Below are positions 27,488 through 40,549 of a stretch of DNA of 64,000 nucleotides, one piece after another. Both the position numbers and the translations under genes were made by a program. The DNA comes from Eledone cirrhosa (lineage: Eukaryota): contig OZ024743.1 in NCBI GenBank assembly GCA_964016885.1, positions 291,090,001-291,154,000 on the forward strand. Reading direction: 5' to 3'. Below the pieces are notes generated by a model. That model did no database searches. It worked only from the letters and a program-made list of their open reading frames with translations, and was not told where the DNA came from. Every line of letters begins with the position of its first letter. The first letter of the stretch is position 1.

Positions 27488-27593
27488 TAATAAAGTACCA
27501 GTAATGCACTGGGTAATTGATGGCCTTGTGCCTAAAGTAGAAACAATTATTATTATTAGTATTATCATCATTATCATCATTATCATCATTACC

Positions 27594-27633
<40 letters not shown>

Positions 27634-27960
27634 TCGGTGGATTGGCAGTATCGGTAGAGGGTCGGACGCCATGCTTTCCAGCATAGTTACGTCCCTTTAT
27701 GATCTGAGTTCAAATCCCGCCGAGGTTGACTTTGCCTTTCATCCTTACAGGGTCGATAAAATAAAGTACCAGTAATGCACTGGGTAATTGCTGGCCTTGT
27801 GCCTAAAGTAGAAACAATTATTATTATTAACTTCGTTAAACGAGGTTAACTTTGCCTTTCATCCTTACCGGGTCGATAAAATAAAGTTCCAGTAATGTAC
27901 TGGGTAATTGCTGGCCTTGTGCCAAAAGTAGAAACAATTATTTTTACTATTATTGTTATT
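27488..27960 (+). mobile_element. SINE cluster: 3' fragment (27488-27560), full copy (27636-27829), tandem 3' half (27840-27960)
   Basis: GTACCAGTAATGCACTGGGTAATTG.TGGCCTTGTGCC.AAAGTAGAAACAATTATT occurs three times (third with minor changes). Confidence 0.9.
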
Positions 27961-29868
27961 TGAGTCTCTGTCATTGATGGTATTTAACAGGAAATTTTGT
28001 TGAAATGAATATCAAGCCGCTACCTGCAGCCTCAGACATTCAGGACGTATCGGAGGTTTCTTGCTGTTCCCAGCAAGCCTGCTTTTGAAGTGTTCCAAAA
28101 CGCGGGACTGGACTAAACTTCTTTAACCGTCCTTGGAAACTCTTTGAGATCGTACCTAATGCCCCTATGATAATCGGGACGATCTTGATTTCATTGTAGT
28201 TCCAAATCCTTTTTAACTCCTACTTTAATTCCTGGTAAGTATCGGTTAATTTTCTTCCTCTCCTTTTCTTGCACGCTCGTCTCAAATGGGCAGGCTACAT
28301 CTACGATCAGCCACAATCTTTTTTCCTTGTCCAAAACCATCAGGTCAGGCCTATTCAGTTGTAATTTCTTGTCCGTCTGAATCCTAAATTCCCATAGCAC
28401 CTCCAGCTGATCGTTTTCTATCACCGACTCCAGCTTATGCTTATACCACTTCTCAGAATGTGGTAAATTATTTACTTTGCATAGATGCCAGCGGATCACC
28501 CTGCCTATCACATCATGTCTCCAGCCTTTATAGTGAGTCTGGACTAGGTTCTTAGCTCAAATCAGGTTGTTAGTGTCCTTGTTCACTAATCTCCTTTTGT
28601 ACTGTCTCAATCCACACTGCCTGATCATTATGTTCAACATCCTGCTCCCATATTCCTCTCCAGAATGTCTTAGTCTGTTACGCCTCAGGGATCAAGTCGT
28701 TGCCTCTTTCTTTCCCTTCAAGCTGTCCAAACAACATCTTCTGGTTGTTGTCAAATATGCGGTTCTATCTATACTTACTGACGCTGCTCTCATATCGCCT
28801 AATCGTTGCACTCTTTGCTACAATGGGTTGCTTCTGTTTCTCTATGACAATATTTAGCTTATTCCTAGTTTTGTACTTTATTTCCAGTCTATTTTATTGT
28901 CTATGTGTTGCAGTGTCCCATTCAGTAGGGACTCAATCTTTCCAATGTCATTTCTCATTTCCCTGATTTGACCATTCAGTCTTTTCTTCCACCAATGTTC
29001 TGATCTTCTTGTTTGTTGTTTACTCTCGATTTTATACCAAGTAATTTCCTCACAACATTTGCGGTTGCTTTGAGTATATTGTTGCACTGGTGAAGGTTCC
29101 TCGCCTGAAGTAATGGGATGCCCTTGTTTAACCTAGCGGTTGTTTCTTCTAACTTGTTCCTGTCTACAAAACATTGGGTCATAGGATTTCCACTACTATT
29201 GTTCAATTCACCTATCACTAAGTTCAGGATATCAACCAAATCTTGTCCTAGCCCGTTAGTATTCATTTCCTCAATGGCCATATCTTTGTTCCGGATGTTA
29301 TTTATTTCAGCATTCAGATCATTGTCTGCTTCGGATGCTTCCTCTGGTCTCTCAACATCTTCACCTTCATTTCCCCCTGGCTCATTTGCCATATAAACTT
29401 CACTCTCCATTTCCAACTTAATCTCTCTGCTCACTTCCTCCAATTCCAACTCGCTTATCCATCCATTCGCTCTTATTGCCCGAGCCTGTCCGGCCAATTT
29501 GTGTTCATCTAATTTAAATAGACCAATCTCGTTCCAGATGTTATGCATCCGTTTCCTATATCCGTTTTCAATGGAGTTACTCTTCAGGTAACATTTCATG
29601 ACACATCTATTCAATTCTATCGTCCATTTGGTTCTTCTCCCATTACTTCTTCTTCCTCCGACACCAGCAGTATATGGATGACAGCCAGGTTCCTGCTGCT
29701 GGGCCAGGGAGCACTTTCTGGGTGAGATTCTTTCACATGACGATCCAGTCTCCACTTCACCGTAATTCGAACTGTTTAGGTTCGAAATTTAAACACTCAT
29801 ATCGAGGATTGGTGAATGTATGGTTACATAACCACCGGTGATTTCATCACCCCCGGTGATTTTAGCGA
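27961..29868 (-). mobile_element. R4/Dong-like LINE family B with both ends present but RT deleted
   Basis: N-terminal ORF 28976-29755 (RRTKWT..N..VM.CY) is homologous to the N-terminus of the 1216-aa ORF; joins near 28550 to RHD...NRPDL..D endonuclease region (28191-28511). Confidence 0.88.
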
Positions 29869-29880
29869 TTATTATTATTA

Positions 29881-31902
29881 GGCGCAGACATGCGCCATTC
29901 CTGACAGATCCATCCACGACAACATCCACCTCATGCGATACATCGTAGAGAGAGTAACTTGGGAACCTGGCACGTGTGGGTCTTTGATCAATTTAGATCA
30001 GTCGAAAGCTTTCGATAGGGTCGAACATCGTTACCTGGCGGCAGTCCTGAGAGCGGCTGGCTTTGGACCCACCTTCAGAGGCTGGATCGCTGCCATGCAC
30101 AGTGACATCTGCTCTGTGGTGAGAGTGAACGGTCACCTTTCGGAACCGTTCAACATCATGCGCTCGGTCTGCCAAGGATGTCCCCTCTCGTTCCTCTTGT
30201 ACGTATTGACTCTCGAGCCATTACTGCACAAACTGGAGACGTTGAGGGGCGTCCCGCGCGAACTAGGATGCGGAAGATCCGTGTCAGCATATGCGGACGA
30301 TGTCACCGTAGTGGTGTTGAACGCCAAACACATCGAGGCGATCGGTACTATACTAAGAGAATACGAAGCGCTGACAGGAGCAATGATCGACCAGGAAAAG
30401 TCAGTGGGCCTGCAGCTCGGCACCTGGAGAGGCAGGTCCATGCCGTCCAACAGCGTCGTCGGACGCTGGACGGACGGACCGGTTAAATTGCTAGTGGTCT
30501 GGTTCGGTCCGGACCTCCAGACGGACAAAAACTGGGACGAGGTGACGAGCAGGGTGGCTTCTCTCACCCAGAAATGTGCCGAGAGGAAGCCATCCCTGAA
30601 AGTTCGAGCGGAGGTGGCTAACGCGTACATCGCATCTGTCATCTGCTACCGCCTGACCGTCGTATCTTGTCGTAAGCCTCGCCTGACTGCGCTGGAGCGT
30701 TTGCTCTTTCGCTTTTTGTGGAAGGGACGCGCTCCGATGGTCAGGCGGTCCATCTGTTGTCAACACCCGCTACGTGGAGGGCTGGGCATGCCGTGGCTGA
30801 TGATGCGCAGGCACGCGCTCAGGCTACGACATCTCCACCTCTTCCTCGACGGTGATCAGGTGTGGTCGCCGTTTGCTAGACACGTATTTCCCCAGCTCGT
30901 TTCCTTGACGGAGCTGCAGTCCTGGGTCAAGCGAAGACCGAGAGGGAGCGCCTGGAGACTGGAATGTCTTCAGGCGTTCACAGCCCTCGACCAATCGGGC
31001 AATGTGATCGGTGGAAACTCCACCTCGGCGTTCTATAGAGGATTAGTGGAGGGGAAGAGCGACGACGTACTTGGGGAAACTCTAGGCATCGACAAAAATC
31101 TATTAGCCAATCTCTTCGGTAGAACTTTCGGGCCAGGGCCTATGGACAAATTCCAGAAATCTCTGGCCGGGCAGTGCTACCGAGGAGCCTTGCTAGTTCG
31201 GGATAAACTCTACAGGCATGGAGGTGCCGTCAGCCGGGCATGTCCGAGATGCGCGCAGGGCGACGAAACCGTCCTGCACGCACTTGTTCAGTGTCCGAAA
31301 ATTGCTGACTTGTGGGTTTATGTCGAACACCTGCTGTCGCGTGTAGGACGGATCTGGCTATCATCTGAGTCCATCGTGAGGATTGCCCCGCCCTCCTCCT
31401 TTAGCCGGGAAGAGCAGGCAATTTTTATCTGACTGGTGGCCATAGCGAAAGAGATAGTATGGTGGACACGTTTGAAAGGGCTGAAGACGAGCACTTACCT
31501 CTTCGGTGATGCTCTGATTGACTTTTTCAAATTTCATTTGAAAAGGAAGATCAGAGTAGAGAGGGAAGTGCTCTCTTCCCAGCATTTTGTTGAAAGATGG
31601 GTGAGAGAAGCAACAATGGCCCGAGTGAATGGGCCTACTCTGAGTATGTTTCTGTAAATTAAAGGTGGAAAACTGGGAGAGGGCACTTGCCCTGGTGGTC
31701 AGGGTCACTGTGGTCTTTTAATGGGCTTTCTCCACAAATGCCCCTCGGAAGTCTCCCCCCTATTGATGAATTTGTCTTTGTTATTTTATTACATCCTCTG
31801 TTTTTTTTTACACGCAGAAATGCCCATTTGTACCGTTCTGTATTGTCCTGTACTGTCCTTAATGTCTACTCTATGTAAACCCTTGTGGTTAATAAAGAAA
31901 AC
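29881..31902 (+). mobile_element. Tx1 5'-truncated copy 4 (RT half of ORF2 plus 3' UTR)
   Basis: ORF 29933-31432 with DQSKAFDRV, QGCPLS, AYADD, CPRC; flanked by (TTA)n. Confidence 0.95.
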
Positions 31903-31973
31903 ATTATTATTATTATCATTATTATTATTATTATTATTATTATTGTTGTTGTTGTTGTTGTTTTTGTTGTTAG

Positions 31974-32170
31974 AGTGGGGGATTGGCAGTATCACTAAAG
32001 GGTCGGATGCCATGCTTTGACACATAGATTTACGGCCCTTGCCATTCTGATTTCAAAGCCCGCCGAGGTTAACTTTGCCTTTCATCCTTATGGGGTCGAT
32101 AAAATAAAGTACCAGTAATACACTGGGTTATTGGTGGCCTTGTGCCAAAAGTGGAAACAATTATTATTAT
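31974..32170 (+). mobile_element. tRNA-derived SINE
   Basis: Same family; located in the tail of Tx1 copy 4. Confidence 0.9.
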
Positions 32171-33346
32171 TGTTGTTGTTGTTGTTGTTGTTCTTGTTCT
32201 TAATCTTCTTGTTGTTATTATTATGTTTATGCCTGGTGATTCTTATGGGTTCGTGGGTGCACCTTCACAAGACACACCATCCAGCGGATAAAAAGCAGCT
32301 TTCCTGAATTGATCACCAAGGGAGACGAGCCGAACTCATGAATGTTTGTTATCCAACCAACTTGCTTAATGTATGCAACTGTGTCTGCTGTCGGCTGATT
32401 TTGCCTGTAAAATCTGTCAGGGGTTTCTTTCCTGAGACCTTCTAACCACATACCCATAATATCGGAGTTTTAATCTATCAATTTGGAGAAATAGCGGTAC
32501 TCTAATCTCTGATCTACGCAATCTGTTGAGTATTTTTGACTCAAAAGACACCCGAAAGAACCCCACTCCTGCCATTTGTATTCATGGCTGTAATCTTTCG
32601 GATATTACACAAGATTCATGATCATATGTAGAGGTTAGCACGAATACTGATTTGAATATACCGAGTTTGGGTTTTGCGCCCAATTCCCTTCTGATTACCG
32701 AATGCTGAAGCTGGTGCATTATCGCGCCAACTCTTGGAATGCTTGTACTTTATTGCGCCTCCTGCCTTCCATCACTCGTGAACACTGTCTCATGATACAT
32801 GAACTCGAAAGATTTATTACAGTCTCTATCTCCTGTAACAAATGATGATGCGAATTCTCCTAGAAGACGTGGGATAAAATAAAAATATCTGCGTATCCCG
32901 AGACCCTAATGAGTTTCGGAAGGGAGCAAACCGTGTAAATTCTTTTTTATGAATGTATGTCAGTTATTAAGAATTAAAAATATAATTTTCCGATATATGA
33001 ATATATGTCGATTATCAAGGATTAAAGATATGATGGGTTAAATGAGCCGCAACTGTACTTTAGCAAGGGAGCAACATATAGAAATATTTGAACTGGTAAA
33101 TGATGCATGCGGTTATATGTATTGAGGACATCGCCTTTAAGTTACCCGTGATTGGAATGGTGAGGAAAAAGAGAATAGATGGTTTCTCTTCTGGTAAATG
33201 AGATGAGATGATGGTGAATGTTGCCAAAAATGTGGCAAAATATGTCTACACAATATGTTTTCAGTACAAACTAAAGAAAGATATTCGATTATATTTGGTA
33301 GGATAATCCTTATTTGATGTGGTATTTTGTTTACTAGTTGGTAGCT

Positions 33347-33539
33347 GTGGATTGGCAGTATCGGTAGAGGGTCTGAAGCCATGCCGCTTTGCAGCAAAGA
33401 GTTAAGGTCCTTTATGGTCTGAGTTCAAATACCGCCGAGGTTAACTTTGCCTTTCATCCTTACGGGGTCGATAAAATAAAGTACTAGTAATATACTCGGA
33501 TAATTGCTGGTCTTGTGCCAAAAGTAGAAACAATTATTA
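33347..33539 (+). mobile_element. tRNA-derived SINE
   Basis: A box, B box, core and 3' terminus of the family. Confidence 0.9.
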
Positions 33540-34179
33540 ACTTGGCTTGCTTTTTTTTAAATTTAATTTTACCAGTATTCTATGTCCAAGAACAAAAATA
33601 CATATTCATGTTGTTATTGTATATGTCATACAACTCCCGTTCATCAAAATCGAATTTAACTTAACTTTAATTAATTTAGTGAGTAGTGACGTTGTTGGAT
33701 ATTTCATAACTGAGATTATCTGCCTAAGAAGATTAAAGGCTTGTGATCATATAATGACCTACTAATTCGAAATTCAAAAATTCTTCCACGTCACACACAA
33801 CCTACATAAAACGGATTAGGCATCACTTAAATTAGATTTGATGACATCCATATCTTAATGATATATTTTGCTTCATTAAAGAGCTATATTATGGTACATC
33901 TGTCAAAAAATAGTGTTAGCGAAAAAACGTCGTATAGAGAGCAAATAGGTAAACATAATATTGTGTTATAGAAACCATGGCATTCTACCTGTAAAAGGTA
34001 AGAAACTGATTCCTCATAGACTTCAAAGCGAAAAGCAAAGAAAATAATAATTTGTCTATTTGATATAGATAGCAGAGAGAAAATAGAACACACGTGGGTG
34101 CAATACGATTTCACGTAGATTTTGTTATTGTTTCACCTAAGATTGTACGTTGGAAAATGACTATTGACTGCACCTGTTC

Positions 34180-34388
34180 ATACACCTAATAGAAAAAGAG
34201 CATATAGTAATGAAACATTGTGTAAATATGCTTGTGTGCGTGCGCACATACACGCATGTGTGTATGTGTATTTACAATATAAATATATCTTTATTTCTTT
34301 CTCATACCCTATCATTCGTTCACCCTTTCTATTTCTGTGTATGTATATACATATATATACATGTGAGTGTGTGTGTGTATACACACAC

Positions 34389-34434
<46 letters not shown>

Positions 34435-34450
34435 GAGTACACACACACAT

Positions 34451-34485
<35 letters not shown>

Positions 34486-34612
34486 CACACGAAAAGAGAA
34501 AGGGTGAAACAATGATAGAGTATGAGAAAGAGATAAATATATATGTGCGCGCGCACACAAGCATATTTACACAATGTTTCATTACTATATGCTCTTTTTC
34601 TATTAGGTGTAT
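34180..34612. repeat. About 430-bp fold-back centred on a (TA)n tract
   Basis: ATACACCTAATAGAAAAAGAGCATATAGTAATG... mirrored by ...CATTACTATATGCTCTTTTTCTATTAGGTGTAT. Confidence 0.88.
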
Positions 34613-34619
34613 CTTTTTT

Positions 34620-34663
<44 letters not shown>

Positions 34664-34814
34664 CAAAAAGATAGAAGACTGGACAATGCAAAATGGTCTG
34701 TAAGATGATGTAACAAAAGATAAAAGTTACATGGTAATCTTTGTTTTGTTGCTGTTTTGATGTTGTTATTTTAACTGTTCAATATTTCGGGCATATAAGT
34801 CCCGAAATATTGGA

Positions 34815-36905
34815 CAGATAAAAGATCTACACCCAGAATGAGGGAGCAGCCATTGACGTCAGCATAGCTGGTGATGTTGCCAATCTATTTATGGTATGGT
34901 GATAGAGGAGACTCAGAGAACTCCTATAAAAACTAGAATAACTAAAGAACAAATTCGCTTCTTAAAATAGGCAAATAATTTACTACTATACAAAACACAA
35001 GCCGAACGCCTAAAACGTACGTTAACAGTCAAAATGTGTGGAAATAATCAGTGAGAGCGAAGTGGATTTCTGCGATGTCGACACAGATGAACTGGGCCTT
35101 CTAATTAGACTTACTTATGACACCGATTACCTAGATAACCATGAACTTAGTTGTTTCTGCCCCAGTACGCCCCTTAAGAGGTAGACCCCACCATAACCTC
35201 AATGGTTAAAATGATCGCATGGGAAGATGGAATGGATTGATAAAAGCCATACGGATACCACCATATGTTTAAAGTTAACGAAAAGATCTAAACCCAGAAT
35301 GAGGGAGCACCCATTGGCGTTAGCGTAGGTGGTGATGTTGCCAATCTATTTATGGTATGGTGGGAGAGGAGACTCAGAGAACTCCTTGAAGAGAGCTTAC
35401 GTAGACGATATTAATATAGTAATAAGAACACCCCCACAAGAGAGTACTAATAAGTACTAATAAACATGATTCGGAAGATAGCACAATGGAGAGCATCCAG
35501 CAGATAGCTAACTGCAAACACCAAAGTATAACTGTAACTGTTGACTGCCCTTCCAAACACCCTAACAATAGACTACCAGTATTAGACACGGAACTCTGGA
35601 TTAGCACTATAGACGAGAGGGCCCAAATTCTCCACTCACACTATGCTAAAACTATGGCTTCCAAATACCTGATACTCAAACACTCGGCACTGCCCAATAC
35701 TGCTAATTTATTATTCTGATCGCAGACTCGGTAAGAGTGATGAAGAATGTGTCCCGCATGTGCGACCCAACTGAAATGGAAAGACACACCCAACACTTCA
35801 TCAACCCACTGCAGTTCTCTGGCAACAACCAAAGAGACAGAATTAGAGTATACAAAGGAGCCACGGAGAAATATAAGACCATCATAGAAATGGACATAAG
35901 GAGGAAATCATGGATTAGATTAGATAGGAGTAAACATAAGATAGGGAAAGCCCCCTCATGGTAGGACAACCAAAGATACCAGAGTGTCATGTTCGTGGAT
36001 GCTACCTAGGGGGGGGGGGGGGGATTAGCTAATCAAAGTAGAAAGGCTCTAAGAAAGACCCATTTAAAAATTAAAGTTGTAGAAAAGCAAGGAACTACCA
36101 TAAAATTCCTGTTCAGCAAAACATACCCCTTTAAGAAAAGCAACTGTACTAATAAGAAATGTGTTATATGTAAAATCTACCCCCAGATAAACTGTAAAAC
36201 TAGAAATGTAGTCTATAGCATAATATGTACAGAGGGTAATTGCAGAAACATAACAACAACATACATAGGTGAGACAGGTCGGAGCATAGGAGAAAGGATA
36301 GACCAACACTGGGGGGAACTAAAAGGACAAAAAAAAAGACATGACGGTAATATAGTCAACATAGAAATTAAAATAATATTTAAACATAGAAATGCCTCAA
36401 CAGGTAGGCAAATCAGAGAGCCAACTCAGATAGAGCTAAGAAGACCAAAGTTAAACAGAAAAAACGAATGGAATAACAACAACAACCATACCCAAACAAA
36501 CAATACTGACTTAAGGGAAATATAAATAAATAAATATATAGACAGGTACAATAAAAACAAACACGTATAAACACACACTAGTAAACAAAGACATATACAC
36601 TCAAACGCGAACACACACACCAAACATTATAGACACACGCAAACGCATCCACAGAGACGGAGACAAGAATAAATAAATAAATAAAATAAAAATGGCGAGA
36701 CATTACTATACAATACGAGGGAACATAATAGTACCACTGATGATTTTTAACCGTTGGTCAATCAATGATAAACATTGATTGTCAAATAAATTAACTATGG
36801 AGATATAAAAGATACAGAAGCGAAAACCAACGAAACAGTGAGTGTGTCCTGTTATTATTTCTGTGAATATTATTACAAAAATATGACCTTCCCCAAGTAT
36901 AACAC
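34815..36905 (+). mobile_element. Second Penelope-like element, 5'-truncated and decayed
   Basis: Q.EGA.IGVS..GDVANLFMVW (present twice, 34820 and 35282), YVDDI, LPVLDTELW, GIY-YIG NVVYSIIC...YIGETGRSIGERIDQH. Confidence 0.87.
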
Positions 36906-36915
36906 TATATATATA

Positions 36916-37102
36916 TATTGGTAAGCGGAAAAGAAAATGGTGACAAATTGTTCACAGTGAAAAATAGGTTAATTAGGAATAAGTGAAAATTAGTAATAGT
37001 ATTCGTTAGTATTCAGTTTTGGTTTTAAGTATTACCGGTTTCGCATTTCTAATGCTTTTCAAAAATAATTTTGAGATAGAGCGTCCGTGATGTTTGCTCT
37101 AA

Positions 37103-37104
<2 letters not shown>
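36916..37104 (-). repeat. Family C element with the best-preserved U3-A8 hammerhead core (37027-37068)
   Basis: Minus strand TTT-TTGAAAA-GCATT(aga)AATGC-GAAAC-CGGTA; helix I weak. Confidence 0.8.
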
Positions 37105-37156
<52 letters not shown>

Positions 37157-37161
<5 letters not shown>

Positions 37162-37685
37162 TAAAATAACAGATTAAAGTTTAAGCAAAGAATCGCTGCT
37201 TTCACCCGTAACGGGATCTTCTGAAACTAACAAAGTCAATCTGTAAACACAGAACTGGATATTTCAAAAAACGTTGCAACCGGAGGAAGACAGGAAGACG
37301 ATACTTTGGTTCGTGGAAACGTTCGCTGGCTAAGAAGGGGAAAAAACGAATAATACGTCATTAATAGGAGCGGTGAAAAACAATTACACGCAAAGACAGA
37401 ACCACGTTTATGGTATAATAGAGGTCGTAGACTAATGTTCTCTTAGGCGGTGCATAGAGACGTTCTCTGGCGATGAACGAAAAAAACCAAGATAATACGT
37501 CATATGTGGAGCGTGGAGAACAATAGCACGCAAAGACAAAACCACGTAAAAGGTAAAGCAGAAGTTGTAGACTAAAATTCTAACTAGGAGACCAAATGAA
37601 TCACCGCTCTACGGTTCTTATATATTTGATATATATTTTCCTTATCGAGTCCTCTTTGGATTTTAGTCTTCAATTTTATTATTAT

Positions 37686-37690
<5 letters not shown>
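37157..37690 (-). repeat. (TA)n-embedded element with two internal tandem units of about 140 bp and a hammerhead-like 3' end (37178-37228)
   Basis: Both ends match the short copy at 40550-40680; tandem units at about 37316-37455 and 37457-37592. Confidence 0.78.
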
Positions 37691-37750
<60 letters not shown>

Positions 37751-37800
37751 AGGAAGTTATAGTTCACTTGAAGCATTGTGTAATGAGGTATAAGCGATTC

Positions 37801-38179
37801 TATATGTATAATAAAGCCAAAACAATGCAGGTTTGGACATAGAATAAAGAATGCAAATGCAAAAGATATTGTTGACAATTAGTCTTTTACCTTAGATTTA
37901 ATTAAATGTCCTTAATTTTCAAGGTAATATCTCTTCTTCGGAAGGAAGTTAAGCGGTTAAACCAGTGTTCTAAATAGCTTGCCAAGTCATGCTGACAGGA
38001 AATTGTATCAGAACACTGGTTTAACCGCTTTACTTCCCTCCGAAGAAGAGATATTACCTCGAAAATTAAGGACATTTAAATAAATCTAAGGTAAAAGACT
38101 AATTGCCAACAATATCTTTTGCATTTGCATTCTTTATTCTATGTCCATACCTGAATTGTTTGGCTGTATTATACATATA
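37801..38179. repeat. Inverted repeat with about 170-bp arms (37801-37971 / 38010-38179) between (TA)n tracts
   Basis: Arms reverse-complementary with scattered mismatches; 38-bp spacer. Confidence 0.92.
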
Positions 38180-38184
38180 CAAAC

Positions 38185-38264
<80 letters not shown>

Positions 38265-39530
38265 AAATATATTAACAAATGGAAACCATATTTATATAAT
38301 TATACATATTTAAAGGGCCACCAGAGCAAACTCTGGTGCGCTTTCATCAGATAAAATATAATATAGGTTAGTTTTATGAATAAATATTGACATACCCTTA
38401 AAAAATGCAACCATTCTGGTTGGAATGTCCTGGATGGTGTGGGTTATTATATTTATTGTTGGTTTATTGGGTAAATTAGTGTTGGAATGGTTTAAAAACA
38501 GTATATTTAAATTAAGCCGGTGGAATAGGGAAAAAAGAGAAAAGAAAGAGAAAAACCTGAGTATATTTTAGTGAGAGAGAATTGCTTGTTGTATACCAAC
38601 AAATTAAATATAACCTCTACACACACACACACATATATATATATATACACAGAGGTACCCACAGTAAGTTGTGGTGTCTATTCTGCATGAAGAACTCGAT
38701 ATAATCCGTATGTTGAAAATGTTGTAGGTTAAGATAAATCTCTAATGACTTGATTTTATATATATATATATATAATTTTATCTTAAATAACATTACAATC
38801 ACGACAACCAGTTGCAAGTATATGACATGGGAGAGTATCAGTTACTTTTTCCAAAATGGTTTCCAAGGATATGGTTTCCTCCTTCTCTATCATAACAATG
38901 TCTCCAAATGAAATCTATAATATTAATATTTGATATGTTGATTCTAACATATGGATATATGCAAAGAATGCTTCAGATAATTACACCTTTAGACAATATA
39001 CTGAGATCGTCATTCGTAACTGTGTAGCTGGAATACAGTCTTTACTTTTCATAAACAGTCGTGACAACCAGCGTCTCAACCACAGATAATATTTCCAGGT
39101 GGTTGTTTAATCGCTACGAATTAAGTTATTTTATTAGAACAAAATCACAGAATGAACGACACACATGAGATTTTCGGATATTAGATAGTTGAATATGATA
39201 TAAAGTAGGAAAGTATTCGGGGAAATGTATGCCCATATGACAGGGGATGGGTTCCTTTTAGGGGCAATTCTGTTAATGTTTGATTTGGTTTGCATGTAGA
39301 AAGAATTCATTTCGTGGTGTTGTTCAGCTGGATTTTAATCTGAGGAAACCTAGATTAATACACAACTGACCCACTAAAGTGTATGTAAGCCCTTATAGAG
39401 ATACTGGAATATAATTAATCTGCATGAAGGGCTACATCATATCTATTTTCTCATCGTATTTCATACTTGTAACTATGTGTTTTTTTCTTATTCATATCTC
39501 TGATAATATAACTCTCTCATGTGGGCGAAA

Positions 39531-39718
39531 TATTGTTTCTACTTTTGTCACAAGGCCAGCAATTATCCTAGTGTATTACTGGTACTTTATTTTATCAACT
39601 CCGTAAGGATGAAAGGCAAAGTTAACCTCGGCGGTATTTGAACTCAGAACGTAAAAGGTCATACCTTTATCCTGAAAAGCATAGCGTCCGACTCTCTACC
39701 GATACTGTAAATCCACCG
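39531..39718 (-). mobile_element. tRNA-derived SINE
   Basis: Reverse complement of a full SINE. Confidence 0.9.
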
Positions 39719-40262
39719 CCTTTCAGTGCAAAATATTGCCAATATTTTGATAACATGAATTACAAATTTAGCAGGCTGTATATACTCAAACATATGTTTA
39801 TCTCTATATGTTGAATGTAATATGTGTCCGTGTAAAGTATCCATGTAGAGATATGTGGTGTGAGTAAGTTCTTGTCTGTTGCTAGAAGTGTATATACATT
39901 TATATTGTTTACATGTATCGGTATGGTTTCCAACTTTATATACCATCTGGAAAAATGTTACTCTGGTCTCATAATTACCGTGCAATTTTTCAAAGACCTA
40001 TATAATTTAGTAACTTTGATAACTTTGACAGGTTTTGGCTAGTATTGGCCCAGATAAAGTCTAACTTTGAAAGAAGAAACAAATCATTAATTATGGTTCA
40101 ACCATTTATCTATCAATACTTATCCGTCGTTTTATTTTACCGAAAAAACGTCGCCTCATCAGTATAACGACACCTAACATTTCGAAGACCATATTATGTA
40201 AATCCCTATTTAACTGATCACAAACATGCTTGTATATATCAAAAATTAGATATGAACATATT

Positions 40263-40297
<35 letters not shown>

Positions 40298-40491
40298 ACA
40301 GGGAGAAAGAGACGATTATTAGGAAGAAAAATATATGTTTTTCCTTTTTTGTTTCGCTCTCTCTTTTTTCTGGGTTAGAAAATGATTAAACCTAAATGTT
40401 TTTTTTTTTGTGTGAAGTGTTAAGGTATTAGTTGATTTATTTATTATTTAACAATGGCATTCATTTATCTATTTATATATTTAATAATTGG

Positions 40492-40546
<55 letters not shown>

Positions 40547-40549
40547 TTT

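Noticed and set aside
36735-36850. Hammerhead at the 3' end of the second Penelope element (CTGATGA...GAAAC)
   Set aside because: Helix I and the helix II junction do not close properly; at most a decayed relic
37316-37592. Repeat units as a CRISPR-like array
   Set aside because: Only two diverged tandem units, no repeat-spacer structure, eukaryotic context
38290-38356. Minus-strand CTGATGA followed by a long hairpin
   Set aside because: GAAA reads TAAA and helices I and III are ambiguous; not called
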